Source: a virus (taxonomy: Duplodnaviria > Caudoviricetes). From it: 61,687 nt of DNA. The stretch covers positions 1 to 61,687 of IMG/VR virus record IMGVR_UViG_3300047476_001269. One strand, written 5' to 3'. The notes under the pieces were generated by a model. It worked only from the letters and a program-made list of their open reading frames with translations. It ran no database searches and was not told where the DNA came from. A program made the translations under genes and the position numbers. Below, piece by piece: positions 58,628-61,687 of this stretch; position 1 is the first letter of the stretch, and every line of letters begins with the position of its first letter.

Positions 58628-60463
58628 ATGACATATTCTGCATCACAACTTATAGCGGTAAGTGGGTTTAGTCAAAATCTAGGTCTACAGGTTTCGTCTG
58701 CTATGTTGGCACGAATAGCCGATTGCCAGGATACTTCTGTGCTATCCGGAAAACTTAGACAGTTATTAACTCATCCAAACAGCACCACTAATGTGATAAC
58801 CATATGTAGGACCAAGATTCCAGGAATCAGCATGACAGTGCCATCGTCGTTTGAAACAGTTCCTGAAGGATTCGTATTCCATAATCTGTCAGATAATGTC
58901 AAAGAACTGGCACAGATTTATTTTAACAATGGAGTGGCTGGTTATCTAAACCGTCTTGGCCTGGCTACTAATGCTTGTAGGGCAGCAAGAGAAATTCTTG
59001 GCAGTGTTTATTTTCTAGAGGCTGAAGGATTTAGTGGTGTAGCCCCAGATGTGAACAATCATAATGATTTAATCACTGGTGGCATTACCAGCAAGTTTGG
59101 TCCATTAGCTGTTGGCAGTCAAGATTATTTACGAGCTTCAGGATTATATACCGGTGGCAGCGCAATTTCAACCACGTCTGTAGACATAAAAAGAAGTATA
59201 AATGCTGTGGCTGACGCTATTGACAATCTTGGCACTTTGTATGATTTCACAAAACCTGAATCTTTGGGCACAGCCTATGGGCTGATCAACAATCTTTTAT
59301 TACAAGGCTTGATAAAAAATGAATTCATACAAACATTTGAAAATCAAAATGTTGATATCAATGCATTGCAGCAAGCAAGCGAATCTGTATTGATTTCTAT
59401 TTTAGAACAAATTCAAGGCAAAGATGTACAAAGAATCATAACCGGTACTGGCCTCAAACAACCTACCAACAGTATCATACAAAATGCAGCAGATCTGCTC
59501 AAAACTGACAAAGTAATAACCATAGCTGCTATAAACGCTATTCCTGGTGGTAAATTAACTGATTTATCCGCTGCCCTGGTCAGTCTCAACGTGAATTATG
59601 AAACCAAACAAGACTTAATCTCTAGTTTGAAAAATATTGAGCTGTTAGACACTCCAGCATTATCATCACTGTCTAAGCCGGTGCCCACAGTGGACACTGA
59701 GTCAATTAGATCATCATTTCCTTCAGGATCTGGAGATTTTGGATCTCCGTTTGTTCAAGAGATTATTGGAACCCCGTCTGGCTATGTACACACGGAAACC
59801 TTTTCAACTGTGTTTAGAGTGTGCAGCTCTATTGCAAGCACAGCTGAAACTGTTGCACTAATATCTGCTTGTGATGCTGTGTTGGCTGCGTATGATACTG
59901 ACGCAGATCCAAGCACAGTAGAAAATACATTTGAAACAGCGGTGGATAATTTGATTGCTGCGTCTGCTATTAGCAGTTTGTTAGATGAAGCAAACACAGC
60001 AATAGGTCTTTCTGTTGCTCAGGTGATTTTAGAGGAAAACAATCAAATCAAAGGCGGTATTGATATTCAAAGTTACATACCTGGTAGTGCCACATTGAGT
60101 CAATTGACTGCTCTGTTAACTTCGCTGGGCACAGATGCTTTTAACAGTGGCACCACACCCATGTTACTGGACATGCTGACAGATGACATCTATGGCGAAG
60201 CCACAAAAGCAGTTCTGCTTCAAGGAAAAAATGAACAAACACTAAAACTGATTGGTAAAGAAACTATCGGTATTTCTGATATTGAAAGATTGGCATTGGG
60301 TGTACGTGCAGCAGAAGGAGAAGGACTCACTGCACAACAAAGAGAAAACGTGATTGACGATGCAAGATCAAGGAATCTTGATATCAATACAGCTTTGGCC
60401 AACGCTGCATTTTATGGGTACAATAATCAATATTATATCAGTAGAGGTTATCCCAAAGCATAA
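58628..60463 (+). CDS. Hypothetical protein, probably tail/baseplate
   Basis: 611-aa ORF directly after PAAR. Confidence 0.5.
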   Translation: MTYSASQLIAVSGFSQNLGLQVSSAMLARIADCQDTSVLSGKLRQLLTHPNSTTNVITICRTKIPGISMTVPSSFETVPEGFVFHNLSDNVKELAQIYFNNGVAGYLNRLGLATNACRAAREILGSVYFLEAEGFSGVAPDVNNHNDLITGGITSKFGPLAVGSQDYLRASGLYTGGSAISTTSVDIKRSINAVADAIDNLGTLYDFTKPESLGTAYGLINNLLLQGLIKNEFIQTFENQNVDINALQQASESVLISILEQIQGKDVQRIITGTGLKQPTNSIIQNAADLLKTDKVITIAAINAIPGGKLTDLSAALVSLNVNYETKQDLISSLKNIELLDTPALSSLSKPVPTVDTESIRSSFPSGSGDFGSPFVQEIIGTPSGYVHTETFSTVFRVCSSIASTAETVALISACDAVLAAYDTDADPSTVENTFETAVDNLIAASAISSLLDEANTAIGLSVAQVILEENNQIKGGIDIQSYIPGSATLSQLTALLTSLGTDAFNSGTTPMLLDMLTDDIYGEATKAVLLQGKNEQTLKLIGKETIGISDIERLALGVRAAEGEGLTAQQRENVIDDARSRNLDINTALANAAFYGYNNQYYISRGYPKA

Positions 60464-60628
60464 TCTGGGCATATAATTGCCGTAATAACCCACTAGATCC
60501 ACCTTAATATACCCACTTTATGGGCTTGAACGATATTTAAGTTGACATAGCACAACTTATATTGTATTATTACCTGGATCCTGTGTTCTTAAATATCACT
60601 ACGTCTAAAACTAAGGAGGAAGTAAATT

Positions 60629-61219
60629 ATGACTCTGACCAATAGATCTTGGCAACGATGGATTCCAGGTATTACCAAACTGGTAATCGGAATCGCAGGA
60701 TTTACATTTTGTGCGACCATGGCAGTTAAAGTCACAGTGGCCAAAATGGATCAATTGAGAACAGCAAACAGTCAAGCACAAACAGTGTTTGTGACCGCTG
60801 CTGTTCGCGAAAGACAGTTGACCTGTCTTGCAAGAAATATCTATCACGAAGCAGGTTACGAGCCTTTTGAAGGCAAAGTGGCTGTGGCTCAAGTGACCAT
60901 TAACCGCGCCAACAGCGGACAGTTTCCTAATGATATCTGTGCTGTGGTATATCAGAAAGGCGTGATCTACGACAAGGTGATCTGCCAATTCTCCTGGTAT
61001 TGTGAACAGCCAGGCAAGATGCGCCCAGTGAATCCTGCTGCTTACGCAGAAAGCTATGCTGTGGCCAAAAAGGTGTTGCTGGAAAATTTTCGGCTTGACG
61101 GATTGAAACATGCACTGTATTATCACGCAGACTATGTAAACCCGCAATGGGGCAAGGAAAAAATTGCCAAAATTGGACGGCATATTTTTTACTCAGATCG
61201 CAAAGCAAAAGGCACATGA
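60629..61219 (+). CDS. SleB-like cell wall hydrolase (Hydrolase_2)
   Basis: CLARNIYHEA, GKVAVAQVTINR, CQFSWYC, YYHADYVNPQW, IGRHIFY; N-terminal TM. Confidence 0.88.
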   Translation: MTLTNRSWQRWIPGITKLVIGIAGFTFCATMAVKVTVAKMDQLRTANSQAQTVFVTAAVRERQLTCLARNIYHEAGYEPFEGKVAVAQVTINRANSGQFPNDICAVVYQKGVIYDKVICQFSWYCEQPGKMRPVNPAAYAESYAVAKKVLLENFRLDGLKHALYYHADYVNPQWGKEKIAKIGRHIFYSDRKAKGT

Positions 61220-61536
61220 TGAAAAAGTTTAGTGTTGAGCAATTTCGTGAAGGCACACTTGCCTGGTTCCGTGCGCATCTTACTCATGTAAGTGCCGAGA
61301 CGCTGGGCTGGATGGCCAGCTTGCTTATTCATTTTAGTATCATTCCCAGCTTGCTAGCGGCCATGGCAGGACTCACTGATAAAATGCCCCCTGTGGACAT
61401 GGTGTTGTTCTGCTGGGGCGCACTGGCCTTGCTGTTTGTCAAAGCTGTGATGATGCGTGACAGATTGAACATTCTCACCATTGGTGTAGGCTTTATTGTG
61501 CAGTGTGTTCTTATGGGGCTCATGTTGTTCAAATAA
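61216..61536 (+). CDS. Three-TM membrane protein
   Basis: Hydrophobic helices; ATGA overlap with the hydrolase. Confidence 0.6.
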   Translation: MMKKFSVEQFREGTLAWFRAHLTHVSAETLGWMASLLIHFSIIPSLLAAMAGLTDKMPPVDMVLFCWGALALLFVKAVMMRDRLNILTIGVGFIVQCVLMGLMLFK

Positions 61537-61565
61537 ATAATACAGCAGTTTAGGAGGCTGCACAC

Positions 61566-61687
61566 ATGAGCAAAATCTCCCAAGACACACAAGAAGAGCA
61601 AGAACTAAGCCTAGAAGAAGAACTGGGCATTGATGGCGAAAACGATTATGGGTTTGTTATAGGTGCAGATGGAGAGCTAAAACATCT
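61566..61687 (+). CDS. Hypothetical protein, truncated by window end
   Basis: TAAATA 61534, AGGAGG RBS, MSKISQDTQEEQ... Confidence 0.6.
   Translation, partial: MSKISQDTQEEQELSLEEELGIDGENDYGFVIGADGELKH

Noticed and set aside
1-61687. Genome-wide TAG reassignment (code 15-like)
   Set aside because: Long genes are intact in code 11 and at least five genes appear to end at TAG; only two internal TAGs were found.

Overview
A 61.7-kb segment of a large lytic dsDNA tailed phage, probably a myovirus of a proteobacterial host (inferred from PAAR, T4-type TAAATA late promoters and E. coli-like IscU/IscA/NrdAB). In order it holds: repeat-rich tail-fibre genes (1.1-14.2 kb); accessory genes with six tRNAs and two unexplained structured RNAs (14.2-19 kb); a sugar-nucleotide/glycan-modification cluster (19-28.9 kb); sigma70-driven early genes and an AAA ATPase (29-32 kb); replication genes (UvsW-like helicase, miniature DnaE-like protein, primase, DnaB-like helicase; 32-41 kb); putative virion-internal proteins, including a nucleotidyltransferase plus ligase-like pair (41-49 kb); HNH-iscU-iscA-nuclease; a tailspike-like gene, nrdAB, glutaredoxin, PAAR and a SleB-type hydrolase. 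The most striking signal is selective UAG recoding in an otherwise standard-code genome. A tRNA with a CUA anticodon (17325-17400) lies about 600 nt upstream of a gene with a late promoter and strong RBS whose third codon is TAG (18002). Separately, an otherwise intact iscU is broken by a 7-nt GGT-TAG-A-GGC insert behind a 17-bp hairpin and beside an HNH endonuclease, resembling a miniature of the T4 gene 60/mobA bypass cassette. All product calls come from motif recognition by eye; no database searches were run.
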